A stretch of 64,000 nt of DNA, taken from Bacteriovoracia bacterium (GTDB taxonomy: Bacteria; Bdellovibrionota; UBA1018; CAIPTA01). Position numbers and translations under genes: made by a program. Positions 1 through 10,429 of this stretch are shown in pieces (position 1 is the stretch's first letter; every line of letters begins with the position of its first letter). The notes below the pieces were generated by a model that was given only the letters and a program-made list of their open reading frames with translations, had not been told where the DNA came from and ran no database searches. The stretch covers positions 96,001 to 160,000 of the forward strand of contig JBFWVL010000004.1 in the NCBI GenBank assembly GCA_050246755.1, in the 5' to 3' direction.

Positions 1-147
1 TTTCGCACCCTAGTTCGTCTCGGCAAGGGCGGAAAATTTGATGATTTACCCGGTGCGCTCGCTAACGCGGCTGAAGGTTTGCTCTCGCCCGAACAAACGC
101 AGGTTGCTTTAAGCGCTGCGCGTAGCCGGGGATGGAAGGTAAATTGA
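1..147 (+). CDS. C-terminal end of a gene starting upstream of the window
   Basis: Frame +1 is open from base 1 (FRTLVRLGKGGKFDDLPGALANAAEGLLSPEQTQVALSAARSRGWKVN) to TGA at 145-147 and overlaps the next start. Confidence 0.6.
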   Translation, partial: FRTLVRLGKGGKFDDLPGALANAAEGLLSPEQTQVALSAARSRGWKVN

Positions 148-587
148 AGCTGTTATTCCTCCTTCTACTTCTAGCCCTCACCGGCACGGAGGGGGCCTTA
201 GCGGAAAGCCTTCTGGTGGGGCGCTGGGCCTACTTTATGAAAATATACGATGAACAGGAGATGCCGGAGCCACCCGGCGCCACCCTGCGGCTGCGCTATG
301 AATTTAGCGAAGCCGGCATTAGCCGCTTATATTGGTGGCACGAAGGCGAAAGTGATCTTTGTGAGCGCCGCGGACATTACCGGCTAGAATTAGGCATATT
401 GGTTGATGAAGTAACATGGATCAACCCGGCAAATAGTTACGGTTGCAGCCGCGACCCAGATATGCAGAATGGTAAGATCACGCGAACGCCAATTTCTTTT
501 GAAAATGGGAATATGCTGATGCGCCTGCAGTTTGGCGAAGAAGAAATTTTTTACGTTTGGAAAAAAATGAAAGAGGGGGAATTATGA
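132..587 (+). CDS. Secreted hypothetical protein, possibly a lipocalin-like beta-barrel
   Basis: Signal peptide, LVGRW motif near the mature N-terminus, beta-strand pattern, 2 Cys; ATGA overlap with the next gene. Confidence 0.6.
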   Translation: MEGKLKLLFLLLLLALTGTEGALAESLLVGRWAYFMKIYDEQEMPEPPGATLRLRYEFSEAGISRLYWWHEGESDLCERRGHYRLELGILVDEVTWINPANSYGCSRDPDMQNGKITRTPISFENGNMLMRLQFGEEEIFYVWKKMKEGEL

Positions 588-1708
588 GATTTTTGCTGTT
601 TATCCCGATGCTGGTTTCTATAGCGGGCTGGAGTGCCGAAAAAGATCCGAAGCCGGAAATGCACGCTTTAGCGGCCGAAATAACCGCCATGCAAAAATTC
701 ATCTTCTCGGAAGCCGATTTCGTGGCCCCCCAAAATGACGCCACGATCAAGCAATCCATTAGTAAGTTGGACGAGCACCTCTCTCACCTTAATAAAGCAA
801 GTTTCGAGGGCGATCCGGTCCTTCAGGTGAATCTAAGCATGCTTCAGCAACATATTAAGGATGCTAAGCGCTCTTTTAGCGAGGACCAAAAGCCGTTCGC
901 CAGATTCATGCTTCAGAGCTCTCTGCAAATGTGTATCGCCTGCCACACCCGCCGCAAGGCTCCGGATTTTGCCTGGCCGGAAACGGACGCGAAAAATATC
1001 CCGCTCATAGACCGTGCGGACTACCTCTTTGCCACCCGGCAGTTTACTAAGGGTAAAAAGATTTATGAGGAACTGGTTGGTGGATTTCCCGAAAATAAGT
1101 CAGGAACTTGGAATTTGCAAAAAGCCCTTCTGGCGCTAGCCGTGTACTATGTTCGAGTGGTGGAAGATCCCGCCGCTGGGGCGGCTTATTTTGAAAAAGC
1201 TTCAGGCAGCGATAAAATTCCCGTTTACCTAAGGGAGGAGCTAAAGGCCTGGGGCAAGGAATTTAGTGCTTGGGCCAAAGAGAAGAACGATAAAAAAGCT
1301 GAGCAATTGACCGAGGTGCAGCTGCTGGATCGGGCTAAAAAGCTTCTTCGGCACGACGATTTCTCTCTCGTATCAGAATTAGAGAGGAGCTTTCACGTGC
1401 GGCGCTTGAGGGCGGCGTCACTTCTGCAGCGACTGCTAGAATCTCCCGGAGGATTTTCACCGATGAAGGGAGAGGCGCTGCTTTACCTAGGTAAAATCTA
1501 TTCCCGGATTTCCAGCAGTCTCTTCTTTCGTTTTGGTGAAATGTACCTCAAGGCTTGTATCCAGGAGTATCCGAAAACGACCATGTCGAAATCTTGCTAC
1601 GCTGCGCTCGAATCCGTCGTTAGCGAAGGCTACTCCGGCAGTAGCGGAACGAATATTCCCGATGATGAACAGATAGAGCTAATGCGCCTGAAGCGATTAG
1701 CTTTTTAG
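584..1708 (+). CDS. Periplasmic monoheme cytochrome c with TPR-like helical repeats
   Basis: GAGGGG RBS, ATG 584, signal peptide, CIACH heme motif at the end of a helical domain, then TPR-like segments (ADYLFATRQF, EALLYLGKIY). Confidence 0.75.
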   Translation: MRFLLFIPMLVSIAGWSAEKDPKPEMHALAAEITAMQKFIFSEADFVAPQNDATIKQSISKLDEHLSHLNKASFEGDPVLQVNLSMLQQHIKDAKRSFSEDQKPFARFMLQSSLQMCIACHTRRKAPDFAWPETDAKNIPLIDRADYLFATRQFTKGKKIYEELVGGFPENKSGTWNLQKALLALAVYYVRVVEDPAAGAAYFEKASGSDKIPVYLREELKAWGKEFSAWAKEKNDKKAEQLTEVQLLDRAKKLLRHDDFSLVSELERSFHVRRLRAASLLQRLLESPGGFSPMKGEALLYLGKIYSRISSSLFFRFGEMYLKACIQEYPKTTMSKSCYAALESVVSEGYSGSSGTNIPDDEQIELMRLKRLAF

Positions 1709-1715
1709 GAATGAT

Positions 1716-1731
1716 TGGCCTCCGTCTTGCG
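1716..1731 (+). promoter_or_regulatory. sigma54 -24/-12 promoter
   Basis: TGGCCTCCGTCTTGCG (GG-N10-GC), 35 bp upstream of ATG 1767. Confidence 0.6.
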
Positions 1732-1766
1732 TAGTGATCACTAATCACACGTTAACGGAGGCCTCC

Positions 1767-3149
1767 ATGAGATATTTCATCCTATTGCTTTCGCTTTTGA
1801 GTTTTTCTGTCCCAAAAGCATTTTCCGCCGAGACCGGTATTGATGCTTACCGGGCAAAGATAAGATCTTGGGTAATTTCCCACGCCCGCCGGCCGCTTCC
1901 CACCATTGCTCCAGAGGAAGAGAACGACAACGCGGCTGATTTGGTCGACGCTTTAACTATTACCAGCCTCGCCAAAATGGAAAACGAAGGACTGCAGAAG
2001 GCTTCGCTGAACGTACGACCCTGGAGTGATTACTATTGGCCCACCTTCGCGGGCCAGATTGCCAATCGCTACGCCGATCCGAACTACAATGCGGCGCTGC
2101 TTTGGAAGGATAACTTTGATTACCTTACCCAGAATATCGGCAGAGGAAAACCGGAAGAGCTTTCGCCGGCCGAAAAGTACGACCTGCTCGTGGGAGACCA
2201 AGGTTTTTCCATGACTCGGAGAATGATCGGTGAAGGAGTAAGTGCCGCTGATGCCGACGGAAAGGTGGAGCCTTGGTTCGGCCTCTGCCATGGTTGGGCG
2301 GCTGCCTCGATGATGCTACCTAGACCCAAGAAGGCGGTTACCGTGGTAGGCGCTAGCGGAAATGAAATTACATTTCTTCCTTCCGATCTAAAGGCTTTGG
2401 CGACGCTTCTCTGGGCGAATGGTGCGGGGCGCACGCGTTTCGTGAGCGGTCGATGCAGTGAGAAAAAGCCCAAACGCGGCGAAAATTCGCGTGAATTGAA
2501 CCCCGATTGTTTCGATACGAACCCGGCCACTTGGCATCTGTCGATCGTAAACCAGATTGGCATAAATAAACGGAGCTTCGTAATGGATGCCAGCGCCGGC
2601 TATGAAGTTTGGAATCAGCCGGTGGCGGGCTATCAGTACGGCTACGAAAATCCTAATACTAATGAAAGCTCTTATACGCTAGCGAAAGCGAAGGTAAGGC
2701 TCAAAAATATGAAGAATGATCGCTACGCGAAATTCCGCGCCCGAGAAACCGAGTTCGTGGTGAACATTATAATGGCGGTAACTTATGTGTCGGAGAATAC
2801 GCCGACGAATGCGCCCACGGACAGTCCGAGCAATGATTCGGAGCGCGTAGTAATATATTCCTATGACCTTGAGCTGGATAGAGACGATAAAATCGTAGGC
2901 GGAGAATGGCATTCTTCACTGCATCCGGATTTTTTATGGGTTCCGGTATTAGGATCACGCGCCACCTCGGTGGGAGACGTGATGCTGAATCGTGCCGCAG
3001 ACCGTAGCGAATGGAACGGCAGGGAGCCAATTCCCGCTTCTTGGGCCCAGGCCGCGAGTGTTAGTGCGGCTCGCGGGCAGCCTCTTGCCAGGGTGGTGGA
3101 GGAACTGTTTCGGCAATCTCAAACTGGCCTACTTGATTGTTGTTTTTAG
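1767..3149 (+). CDS. Secreted transglutaminase of the GP42/TGase elicitor family
   Basis: Signal peptide; motifs PWSDYYWP, WFGLCHGW (catalytic Cys), DTNPATWH, VWNQPV, YDLELD..IVGGEW, HPDFLW; GGAGG RBS. Confidence 0.85.
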   Translation: MRYFILLLSLLSFSVPKAFSAETGIDAYRAKIRSWVISHARRPLPTIAPEEENDNAADLVDALTITSLAKMENEGLQKASLNVRPWSDYYWPTFAGQIANRYADPNYNAALLWKDNFDYLTQNIGRGKPEELSPAEKYDLLVGDQGFSMTRRMIGEGVSAADADGKVEPWFGLCHGWAAASMMLPRPKKAVTVVGASGNEITFLPSDLKALATLLWANGAGRTRFVSGRCSEKKPKRGENSRELNPDCFDTNPATWHLSIVNQIGINKRSFVMDASAGYEVWNQPVAGYQYGYENPNTNESSYTLAKAKVRLKNMKNDRYAKFRARETEFVVNIIMAVTYVSENTPTNAPTDSPSNDSERVVIYSYDLELDRDDKIVGGEWHSSLHPDFLWVPVLGSRATSVGDVMLNRAADRSEWNGREPIPASWAQAASVSAARGQPLARVVEELFRQSQTGLLDCCF

Positions 3150-3518
3150 AGCCGGTCGTTTAGGAAGTTGCCGCCCTTAAACGTCACGTGCCAGGCTTTA
3201 GGGAAGAACTTTTTCACGTCCTTTGGGTAGAATCTAGCGCAAGTTTCAGTAAAACCGAAATAAGAAATGTGGCGCATAAAAACGTCGTGCGTTCCACAAC
3301 GCTGAGTTCAGCGTGAAAAAAAATTTTATCTCCCATGCGCACACCATACTATTTTTGCGGTCGAAATAGTCTTCCGAGGCGCGTCGGGGGCATTTTACCC
3401 GGTAAAAAGCTTGCCGCTAAGTTTTACGCCCGTAAAATAAATGGGAACGTCGATTTCCGGGAGTTCTACTGCGTACCGGGCAAAATGGTATGGCTTACTT
3501 CTTGAATAACGTTGCTGC

Positions 3519-3911
3519 ATGAACTGGTATTCTCCCGAATCTATTCACTTCGTGGCAAAAATGATCGAGGTATCGGGCCTCGTGGTGATTGTTCTTGGGG
3601 GGATTTACTCCGTGGGAATGTTTGCGAGGAACCTCTGCAAGAGCAGGGCAGCTTATCCCACGCTACGAAAAGATTTGGGCCGTTCCATTTTACTGGGGTT
3701 AGAATTTTTAGTGGCCGGAGATATTATTTCCACTATCGCAATCGAACCCACACTGATGAGTGTTACCGTCTTGGGTTTGATCGTAATAATCAGAACCTTT
3801 TTGAGCTTTTCCCTGGAAGTGGAGATAGATGGGCGCTGGCCTTGGCAGCCGCCACTAGCCGAACATCTCCGGCAAAATTCACGCTCGTTTTCTTCGAATT
3901 TATCCGAATGA
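3519..3911 (+). CDS. DUF1622 membrane protein
   Basis: LGRSILLGLEFLVAGDII and LIVIIRTFLSFSLEVEIDGRWPW are typical of the family. Confidence 0.85.
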   Translation: MNWYSPESIHFVAKMIEVSGLVVIVLGGIYSVGMFARNLCKSRAAYPTLRKDLGRSILLGLEFLVAGDIISTIAIEPTLMSVTVLGLIVIIRTFLSFSLEVEIDGRWPWQPPLAEHLRQNSRSFSSNLSE

Positions 3912-3939
3912 CATTCCGGATTTTAGATTCATACGAGCG

Positions 3940-5148
3940 ATGAACCAAAATCTTTCGGTTCGAGCGGGAATCTTCTGCCTCGGCGCTATAGTGGCGGCTC
4001 TCGCCGCCGTCACTTTTGCGGAATATGTGCCGGATGATGTAGCCAGTCTCCTTGGAGGAGACGCCGTAGATAAGATACTGACCATTCTTGCGTCAAGTAT
4101 GCTGGCCGTGGTTACGTTTTCTCTTTCTACTCTGATCGCTTCATATTCCGTAGCAGCTTCGGGTGCGCCCGCCAGGGCTACCGCTATGATAATGAGCGAC
4201 CGAGGGGCTCAAACGGCTCTTTCCGCATTTTTAGGCGCCTTCATTTTTAGCATCGTATCACTCGTCGCACTGTCCACCGGCTACTATGGCTCAAAGGGAA
4301 GGGTGATTCTCTTTGGCATCACCATTATCGTTCTTACCGGAGTGGTGTGGACGGTGATTCGCTGGATCGGCCAGCTCTCGGGGTTAGGGCAGCTGGCAAA
4401 TTTAATCAAGGGAGTAGAGCGTTCTACCGTGCGAGTAATTCAGGCGCAAAAAAAACATTTTGCCGAGATAGAAGAAGATACGCCTGTGGCCGAGGGCGAA
4501 TTAATATTTTGTGAACACACCGGATTTTTGCAAACCCTCGATTTAACCAAGCTCACCGAGCTTCTGGATGGCCTAGATGCTGATATCTGGATCGAAGTCT
4601 ATCCCGGTCAGTTCATGTATCCGGGTCTCCCTATGGCGAAGATTTCTAAATCTATTCAGGTTAATGCCGACCTAGTGTCTGAAATTCGCGCCTGTTTTTA
4701 TGTGGGTCGATCGCGTACTTTTGAGGATGATCCCCGCTTTGGTTTCGTGGTCCTTTCGGAGATCGGGTCGCGAGCGTTGTCGCCCGGAATTAATGATCCA
4801 GGCACGGCGGTGGAAATCATCAGCTCGCAACTGAGATTACTCACCGAATTTCATCGGGTGTGCGATTCGCAGGAGGCTGAACGCTTACCCCGCAATATTC
4901 ATCTCAAGCTCATTACGGCTGAGGATGTGCTAGATGACGCCTTTCAAGCCATCGCGCGCGATGGGGCCGCAATGGTGGAAGTAGGAATCGCCCTCCAGAA
5001 GGCGCTTGGATCACTGAGTGAGTACCCCAATTTTGCCGCGCCTGCACGGGCGATGGCGAAAAGAAATATCGAATTCAGCTTGCTGTTGATGAAAAGTAAG
5101 TTCGATAGAGAGCGGCTGCTTCGCGCGGCCTCTTGGCGAAATAATTAG
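3940..5148 (+). CDS. DUF2254 membrane protein
   Basis: ILASSMLAVVTFSLS, RTFEDDPRFG, RALSPGINDPGTA motifs. Confidence 0.85.
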   Translation: MNQNLSVRAGIFCLGAIVAALAAVTFAEYVPDDVASLLGGDAVDKILTILASSMLAVVTFSLSTLIASYSVAASGAPARATAMIMSDRGAQTALSAFLGAFIFSIVSLVALSTGYYGSKGRVILFGITIIVLTGVVWTVIRWIGQLSGLGQLANLIKGVERSTVRVIQAQKKHFAEIEEDTPVAEGELIFCEHTGFLQTLDLTKLTELLDGLDADIWIEVYPGQFMYPGLPMAKISKSIQVNADLVSEIRACFYVGRSRTFEDDPRFGFVVLSEIGSRALSPGINDPGTAVEIISSQLRLLTEFHRVCDSQEAERLPRNIHLKLITAEDVLDDAFQAIARDGAAMVEVGIALQKALGSLSEYPNFAAPARAMAKRNIEFSLLLMKSKFDRERLLRAASWRNN

Positions 5149-5159
5149 TTTGCGATGCT

Positions 5160-5175
5160 CGGAATGCTTATTGCA
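5160..5175 (+). promoter_or_regulatory. sigma54 promoter
   Basis: CGGAATGCTTATTGCA (GG-N10-GC) upstream of AGGAG RBS and ATG 5199. Confidence 0.55.
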
Positions 5176-5198
5176 CGCTCTTGCTGCAAGGAGCTTTT

Positions 5199-5843
5199 AT
5201 GAAAAAATGCCTCAAAACCACGGAAAGAAGTTTGCTCTCCCGAACACTATTGATGCTGGCGATGGCTAGCTTGGCTCTTTTGGGTTCTTGTGCCGCAAAG
5301 GATCTCAGTGCTGGCCGGAGGGCGACGAGCGCGAATTTGGCGCCTGACACCAATTTTAGTTTTCAGGGCACCGTGCTTCCGCGTAAACCCATTTTGTCCA
5401 TGGTGATTCCGAATCGGGTAGTCTTGAAGAAAGATCGGCCGGCGAAAGAAATAGAAGCGGCGGTACGCGAAGTATTGGGCCTCGCGAAAATTTCCCGGAT
5501 CGATGAGGTGACTGCGACGAAAGGTAGAGTCACGCTTTCTGGGGAGGTTTCCGATCCCATCGTAAAGGGAAATCTTCTGAAGGTGGTGGGAAACTTAAAG
5601 GGGGTAACCTCAATCGAGGATAAAATTAGTGTCGCCGCCGCATCTCCAGCGCCGTTTCCGGCTCAACCCGAGCGCCGAGTGGACAAATTATTCGAACGCC
5701 CGCTGATTCCAGTCTTGATTGGCCTGCTCGTACTGGCCGTACTTTGGGGCCTGATTGCGTATCGCCAAAATAAATTGGCGAAAGCCAGGAAAGTAAAATA
5801 TTTTAAAGCAGAAAAAGGCGAAAATTCCAGGAAAACTGCTTGA
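5199..5843 (+). CDS. BON-domain lipoprotein with a C-terminal TM helix
   Basis: Lipobox LLGSC; BON motif GRVTLSGEV...GVTSIEDKI; C-terminal hydrophobic helix followed by a basic tail. Confidence 0.75.
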   Translation: MKKCLKTTERSLLSRTLLMLAMASLALLGSCAAKDLSAGRRATSANLAPDTNFSFQGTVLPRKPILSMVIPNRVVLKKDRPAKEIEAAVREVLGLAKISRIDEVTATKGRVTLSGEVSDPIVKGNLLKVVGNLKGVTSIEDKISVAAASPAPFPAQPERRVDKLFERPLIPVLIGLLVLAVLWGLIAYRQNKLAKARKVKYFKAEKGENSRKTA

Positions 5844-5979
5844 GAGCATCGGGTATTTGGTTTTTCTGTTGAGCTAAATTTGTCTTGTGGCCCGGGCAGG
5901 TGACTGGTCTTTCATTGCCCAATTTCTGCCAGGTAAATCAGGTGTTTTTTACTCTTTCCTGATGCTTGAATCACATATC

Positions 5980-5995
5980 TTTACAAAATATTTAC
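5980..5995 (+). promoter_or_regulatory. Putative KdpE binding site
   Basis: TTTAC-N6-TTTAC direct repeat (11-bp period, OmpR-family style) about 40 bp upstream of kdpF. Confidence 0.45.
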
Positions 5996-6033
5996 TCCAA
6001 AAGCGCGATCCTAAATCAATAACCGGAGGATGT

Positions 6034-6117
6034 ATGGAATTCATTCTGGCAGGGATCGTTAGCATTGGGCTCCTAGTTTACCTAGGGTACGCGCTCTTTT
6101 TCCCTGAGAAATTTTGA
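6034..6117 (+). CDS. kdpF: K+-transporting ATPase subunit F
   Basis: 27 aa MEFILAGIVSIGLLVYLGYALFFPEKF with the YL.YAL..PEKF motif; GGAGG RBS; directly before kdpA. Confidence 0.92.
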   Translation: MEFILAGIVSIGLLVYLGYALFFPEKF

Positions 6118-6124
6118 GGGTAGT

Positions 6125-7816
6125 ATGAACACAGGTAACTTTTTTGAGCTCCTCTTTTTTTGTGTGGGCCTACTGGTAACGGCTCCAATCCTCGGTTCGT
6201 TTATGGCGCGGCTTTTCCAAAAGGAGGATGGTCTGGTCATCCGTTTCTTCCGGCCGATTGAAACCACGCTATATCGGGCCATCGGAACGAATATGAATCA
6301 GGAGATGGATTGGCGGGAATACGCCGGAGCGCTCATGGCCTTCAACGTGCTCGGCATCTTGGCAGTATTTCTGCTCCAGTTAGCGCAGGCTCATTTGCCG
6401 TTCAACCCTCAGAATTTAGAAAATGTTGGGTGGAGTTCCGCGCTGAATACCGCCGTTAGCTTCGTTACGAATACCAATTGGCAGGGCTATTCCGGGGAAG
6501 TTACGATGAGCTACTTTACCCAAATGCTGGGGCTCACCGTGCAGAATTTCGTGAGCGCGGCCACCGGGATAGCAGTCGTGGCGGTTTTAGCGCGGAGTAT
6601 TTCTAGGAAAACCACCTCCGAAATCGGCAATTTCTGGATGGATCTCACCCGCTCCTCGATTTACGTGCTGCTGCCGCTTTCCCTCCTGTTCGCGGTATTT
6701 CTTATTGGTCAAGGTATCGTGCAAAACCTCGGTGCCTATCCTACGGCCACCACGCTCGAAGGAGCTCAGCAAGTTCTACCAATGGGGCCGGCGGCGTCAC
6801 AGGTGGCTATTAAAATGATTGGCACTAACGGGGGCGGATTTTTCAATTCCAATGCGGCTCATCCCTTCGAGAATCCAACTCCGCTTTCGAACTTCCTCCA
6901 GATATTCTCAATTTTTCTCATTCCTTCGGCACTGGTTTATATGTTTGGCCAGATGACTAATGCACGACGCCACGCTTGGGTGGTGTGGGGGGTGATGATG
7001 GCGCTATTCCTTGGCCTGTTTGCCTTCTCGCTTCTATCCGAAACGAGTTTGAATCCAGTGTTACAGGTAGCAGGAAATATGGAGGGGAAAGAAGCCCGAT
7101 TCGGCGTTTTCGACAGCACTCTCTTCTCAGTGATCACTACAGCGGCCTCGTGCGGTGCTGTGAATGCCATGCATAGCAGCCTTTCTCCGCTCTCTGGACT
7201 GGTGGCATTGCTTAACATGATGTTGGGCGAGGTGATTTTTGGCGGGGTGGGGGCTGGTTTTTACGGAATGATGCTCTTCATTCTGCTCACCGTGTTTATT
7301 GCGGGACTCATGGTGGGTAGAACGCCAGAATATCTCGGTAAGAAAATTGAGAAGCGGGAAGTCACGATGGTGATTCTCGCGATTTTGGCGCCATCAGCTT
7401 GTATTTTGCTTGGCACTGCCATTTCGGTGGTGCTGCCCGCTGGGTTATCGAGCCTGGCGAATCAGGGCCCTCACGGATTCTCGGAAATTCTCTATGCCTT
7501 TACTTCAGCCTCCGCCAATAACGGCAGCGCCTTTGCGGGACTGAATGCCAATACGCTCTACTACAATCTGATGCTGGCCGTGGCGATGTTCGTGGGCCGC
7601 TTTGGAGTGATCCTGCCGATGTTGGCCATAGCCGGGAGCTTGGCCGAGAAGAAATCGTCGCCGCCTTCGCCTGGCACCTTTCGCGTAGACACTTTACTTT
7701 TCGGGGTTCTCTTGATTGGAGTCATTTTGATCGTGGGAGGCCTCACGTTTTTCCCGGCCCTGGCTCTTGGCCCGATCGCCGAACACTTTCTCATGCAAGC
7801 AGGGAGGGTCTTTTAG
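6125..7816 (+). CDS. kdpA: K+-transporting ATPase subunit A
   Basis: [33 protein letters not shown] motifs. Confidence 0.98.
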   Translation: MNTGNFFELLFFCVGLLVTAPILGSFMARLFQKEDGLVIRFFRPIETTLYRAIGTNMNQEMDWREYAGALMAFNVLGILAVFLLQLAQAHLPFNPQNLENVGWSSALNTAVSFVTNTNWQGYSGEVTMSYFTQMLGLTVQNFVSAATGIAVVAVLARSISRKTTSEIGNFWMDLTRSSIYVLLPLSLLFAVFLIGQGIVQNLGAYPTATTLEGAQQVLPMGPAASQVAIKMIGTNGGGFFNSNAAHPFENPTPLSNFLQIFSIFLIPSALVYMFGQMTNARRHAWVVWGVMMALFLGLFAFSLLSETSLNPVLQVAGNMEGKEARFGVFDSTLFSVITTAASCGAVNAMHSSLSPLSGLVALLNMMLGEVIFGGVGAGFYGMMLFILLTVFIAGLMVGRTPEYLGKKIEKREVTMVILAILAPSACILLGTAISVVLPAGLSSLANQGPHGFSEILYAFTSASANNGSAFAGLNANTLYYNLMLAVAMFVGRFGVILPMLAIAGSLAEKKSSPPSPGTFRVDTLLFGVLLIGVILIVGGLTFFPALALGPIAEHFLMQAGRVF

Positions 7817-7817
7817 T

Positions 7818-9893
7818 ATGCAAAAGTCACTTTTTTCCAGAGACCTCGTTCTTCAAGCCACGAAGGATTCCTTCGTCAAACTGGATCCCCGCGTGCAGTG
7901 GCGGAACCCGGTGATGTTCATCACCGAAATTGGTGCGCTGCTTACTACCGTTGGGTTGCTAAACGGAGCTCGTACGGGTCACTTTTCCGGATTTGAACTG
8001 CAAATCGCGGGCTGGCTTTGGTTCACCGTGTTATTTGCAAACTTTGCGGAAGCGGTCGCGGAAGGGCGAGGTAAGGCCCAAGCCGATAGCTTGAAAAAAG
8101 CGAGAACGACCACGCAGGCTAGGCGGCTGAATGACGGTAAGGAAGAGCGCGTGCCGGCCACCGACTTGCGTAAGGGCGATCTCGTGATTTGCGAGGCGGA
8201 CGACGTAATCCCCATGGATGGCGAAGTGGCCGAGGGGATCGCCACGGTAGATGAATCCGCGATTACTGGGGAATCCGCGCCGGTAATTCGGGAAAGCGGG
8301 GGAGACCGCTCCGCCGTTACAGGAGGAACCCGCGTGATCAGTGATCGCGTTGTGATTCGTATCACGGCGGAACCCGGCCACACTTTTCTGGATCGCATGA
8401 TTTCCCTTGTGGAAGGCGCCAAGCGCCAAAAGACTCCCAATGAGATCGCCCTCTCGATTTTGCTCTCGGGCCTCACCATCATCTTCTTGCTCGCGGTAGT
8501 TACTCTAAAGTTCTTTGCCGACTATTCGGGCACCGCCGCGGGTCAGGATCTTTCCCAAATCGTGACGGTGCCGGTGCTCATTGCTCTTCTTGTTTGTTTG
8601 ATTCCGACCACGATCGGCGGCCTACTGAGCGCAATCGGCATTAGCGGCATGGATCGGTTAATCCAGAAGAACGTGATCGCGATGAGTGGCCGTGCCGTGG
8701 AAGCTGCCGGGGATATCGACGTATTGCTCCTAGATAAAACTGGCACCATTACCCTGGGTAATCGGATGGCCAGCGAATTCATTCCATCGCCGGGTGAAAC
8801 AGCGGACGACCTCGCGCTCATCGCCCAACTGGCGTCCTTGAGTGATGAAACGCCAGAGGGGCGTAGTATCGTTGTATTGGCGAAGGAGCGATATAATCTC
8901 CGGGCTCAGTCCCTGCAGCCGCACGAAGCGGAGTTTGTGCCCTTTACGGCTCAAACTCGCATGAGCGGAGTGAATATTCGCCAGGGTGGAAAAGAGCAGA
9001 TTATTCGCAAAGGGGCGCTCGATGCTGTGAAAGCCCACATTATTTCTCTCGGCGGAAAAATGCCTCCGGAAGTGGAAGCCGCCGCCAATGATGTTTCTCG
9101 CAAAGGGGGGACCCCTCTAGTTGTAAGCGAAAATTCTCGCGTGCTCGGCGTGGTGTACCTAAAAGACATCGTGAAGGGCGGAATTCGCGAGCGATTCGCG
9201 GAGCTGCGGAAAATGGGAATTCGCACCGTGATGATCACGGGAGACAATCCATTGACGGCCGCGGCCATTGCCGCCGAAGCCGGTGTAGATGATTTCATGG
9301 CCCAAGCCACCCCCGAGTCGAAGCTAAAACGCATTCGCGATGAGCAAGCCAAAGGCCATCTGGTGGCCATGACGGGCGACGGCACAAACGATGCGCCCGC
9401 GTTGGCCCAGGCCGACGTAGGCGTAGCCATGAATACCGGCACCCAGGCGGCGCGTGAGGCCGGAAATATGGTGGATCTCGACAGTAACCCGACGAAGTTA
9501 ATCGAGATCGTGGAGACGGGAAAACAAATTTTAATGACTCGCGGTTCGCTGACTACCTTTAGCGTGGCGAATGATGTGGCCAAGTACTTTGCGATCATTC
9601 CCGCCCTCTTTGCCGGCCTCTACGCGGTGAAGGGAAGCGCGGGGCCGCTGAGTGCGCTCAACGTGATGGGACTGCATTCTCCCGAGAGCGCCATCCTGAG
9701 TGCGGTAATTTTCAATGCCCTCGTTATCATCGCCTTGATCCCGCTTGCGCTCAGGGGGGTGGAATATAGAGCGCTCGGAGCTGCCGCGCTTCTCCAGAGA
9801 AACCTTTTACTCTATGGATTCGGTGGTCTGGTGGCACCTTTTATTGGCATCAAAATAATAGATCTCTTGGTAGTTAGCCTGGGGGTAATTTAA
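7818..9893 (+). CDS. kdpB: K+-transporting ATPase subunit B (P-type ATPase)
   Basis: [23 protein letters not shown] motifs; ATG 7818 directly after the kdpA stop. Confidence 0.98.
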   Translation: MQKSLFSRDLVLQATKDSFVKLDPRVQWRNPVMFITEIGALLTTVGLLNGARTGHFSGFELQIAGWLWFTVLFANFAEAVAEGRGKAQADSLKKARTTTQARRLNDGKEERVPATDLRKGDLVICEADDVIPMDGEVAEGIATVDESAITGESAPVIRESGGDRSAVTGGTRVISDRVVIRITAEPGHTFLDRMISLVEGAKRQKTPNEIALSILLSGLTIIFLLAVVTLKFFADYSGTAAGQDLSQIVTVPVLIALLVCLIPTTIGGLLSAIGISGMDRLIQKNVIAMSGRAVEAAGDIDVLLLDKTGTITLGNRMASEFIPSPGETADDLALIAQLASLSDETPEGRSIVVLAKERYNLRAQSLQPHEAEFVPFTAQTRMSGVNIRQGGKEQIIRKGALDAVKAHIISLGGKMPPEVEAAANDVSRKGGTPLVVSENSRVLGVVYLKDIVKGGIRERFAELRKMGIRTVMITGDNPLTAAAIAAEAGVDDFMAQATPESKLKRIRDEQAKGHLVAMTGDGTNDAPALAQADVGVAMNTGTQAAREAGNMVDLDSNPTKLIEIVETGKQILMTRGSLTTFSVANDVAKYFAIIPALFAGLYAVKGSAGPLSALNVMGLHSPESAILSAVIFNALVIIALIPLALRGVEYRALGAAALLQRNLLLYGFGGLVAPFIGIKIIDLLVVSLGVI

Positions 9894-10429
9894 TGAAACA
9901 AATCTTTCCTGCACTTAAAGCTTTTCTATTGCTTACTTTTGTTACGGGGGCCGTATACCCGCTGTTAGTTACCGCCATCGGCCAGGCATTTTTTCCGCGG
10001 CAGGCGAATGGTAGCTTGCTGCAGGGAAGCGACGGAAAAATTCAGGGCTCGGAGTTAATCGCGCAGGGGTTCAAAGGCGATAAATATTTTTGGCCGCGTC
10101 CTTCGGCCGTGGACTATAATCCGCTTCCCTCCGGCGGATCGAATCTCGGCCCAACTAGCAAAGCCCTCCAAGACAAATGGCAGGAGCGCCGAAAGGCTGG
10201 GCTAAGCGGGGATCTCTTGGCTGCCTCTGCCAGCGGCCTGGATCCGCATATCTCTCCTGAATCTGCTTATGATCAGGTGCCCCGAATTGCGCAGGCCCGG
10301 GGAAAATCAATAGCAGAGGTGAATGGGCTCATTGCGTCAACGGTAGAGAGGCGTCAGTTTGGATTCCTTGGAGAAAACCGGGTAAATGTATTGAAACTCA
10401 ACCGCTTGCTGGATGAAGGGAAGCCATGA
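9893..10429 (+). CDS. kdpC: K+-transporting ATPase subunit C
   Basis: YFWPRPSA, SGGSNLGP, SASGLDPHIS, VNVLKLN motifs. Confidence 0.97.
   Translation: MKQIFPALKAFLLLTFVTGAVYPLLVTAIGQAFFPRQANGSLLQGSDGKIQGSELIAQGFKGDKYFWPRPSAVDYNPLPSGGSNLGPTSKALQDKWQERRKAGLSGDLLAASASGLDPHISPESAYDQVPRIAQARGKSIAEVNGLIASTVERRQFGFLGENRVNVLKLNRLLDEGKP

Noticed and set aside
3150-3518. Long intergenic region as an ncRNA or riboswitch
   Set aside because: No recognisable family or strong stem; only a weak sigma54-like TGGCTTACTTCTTGAA at 3491.
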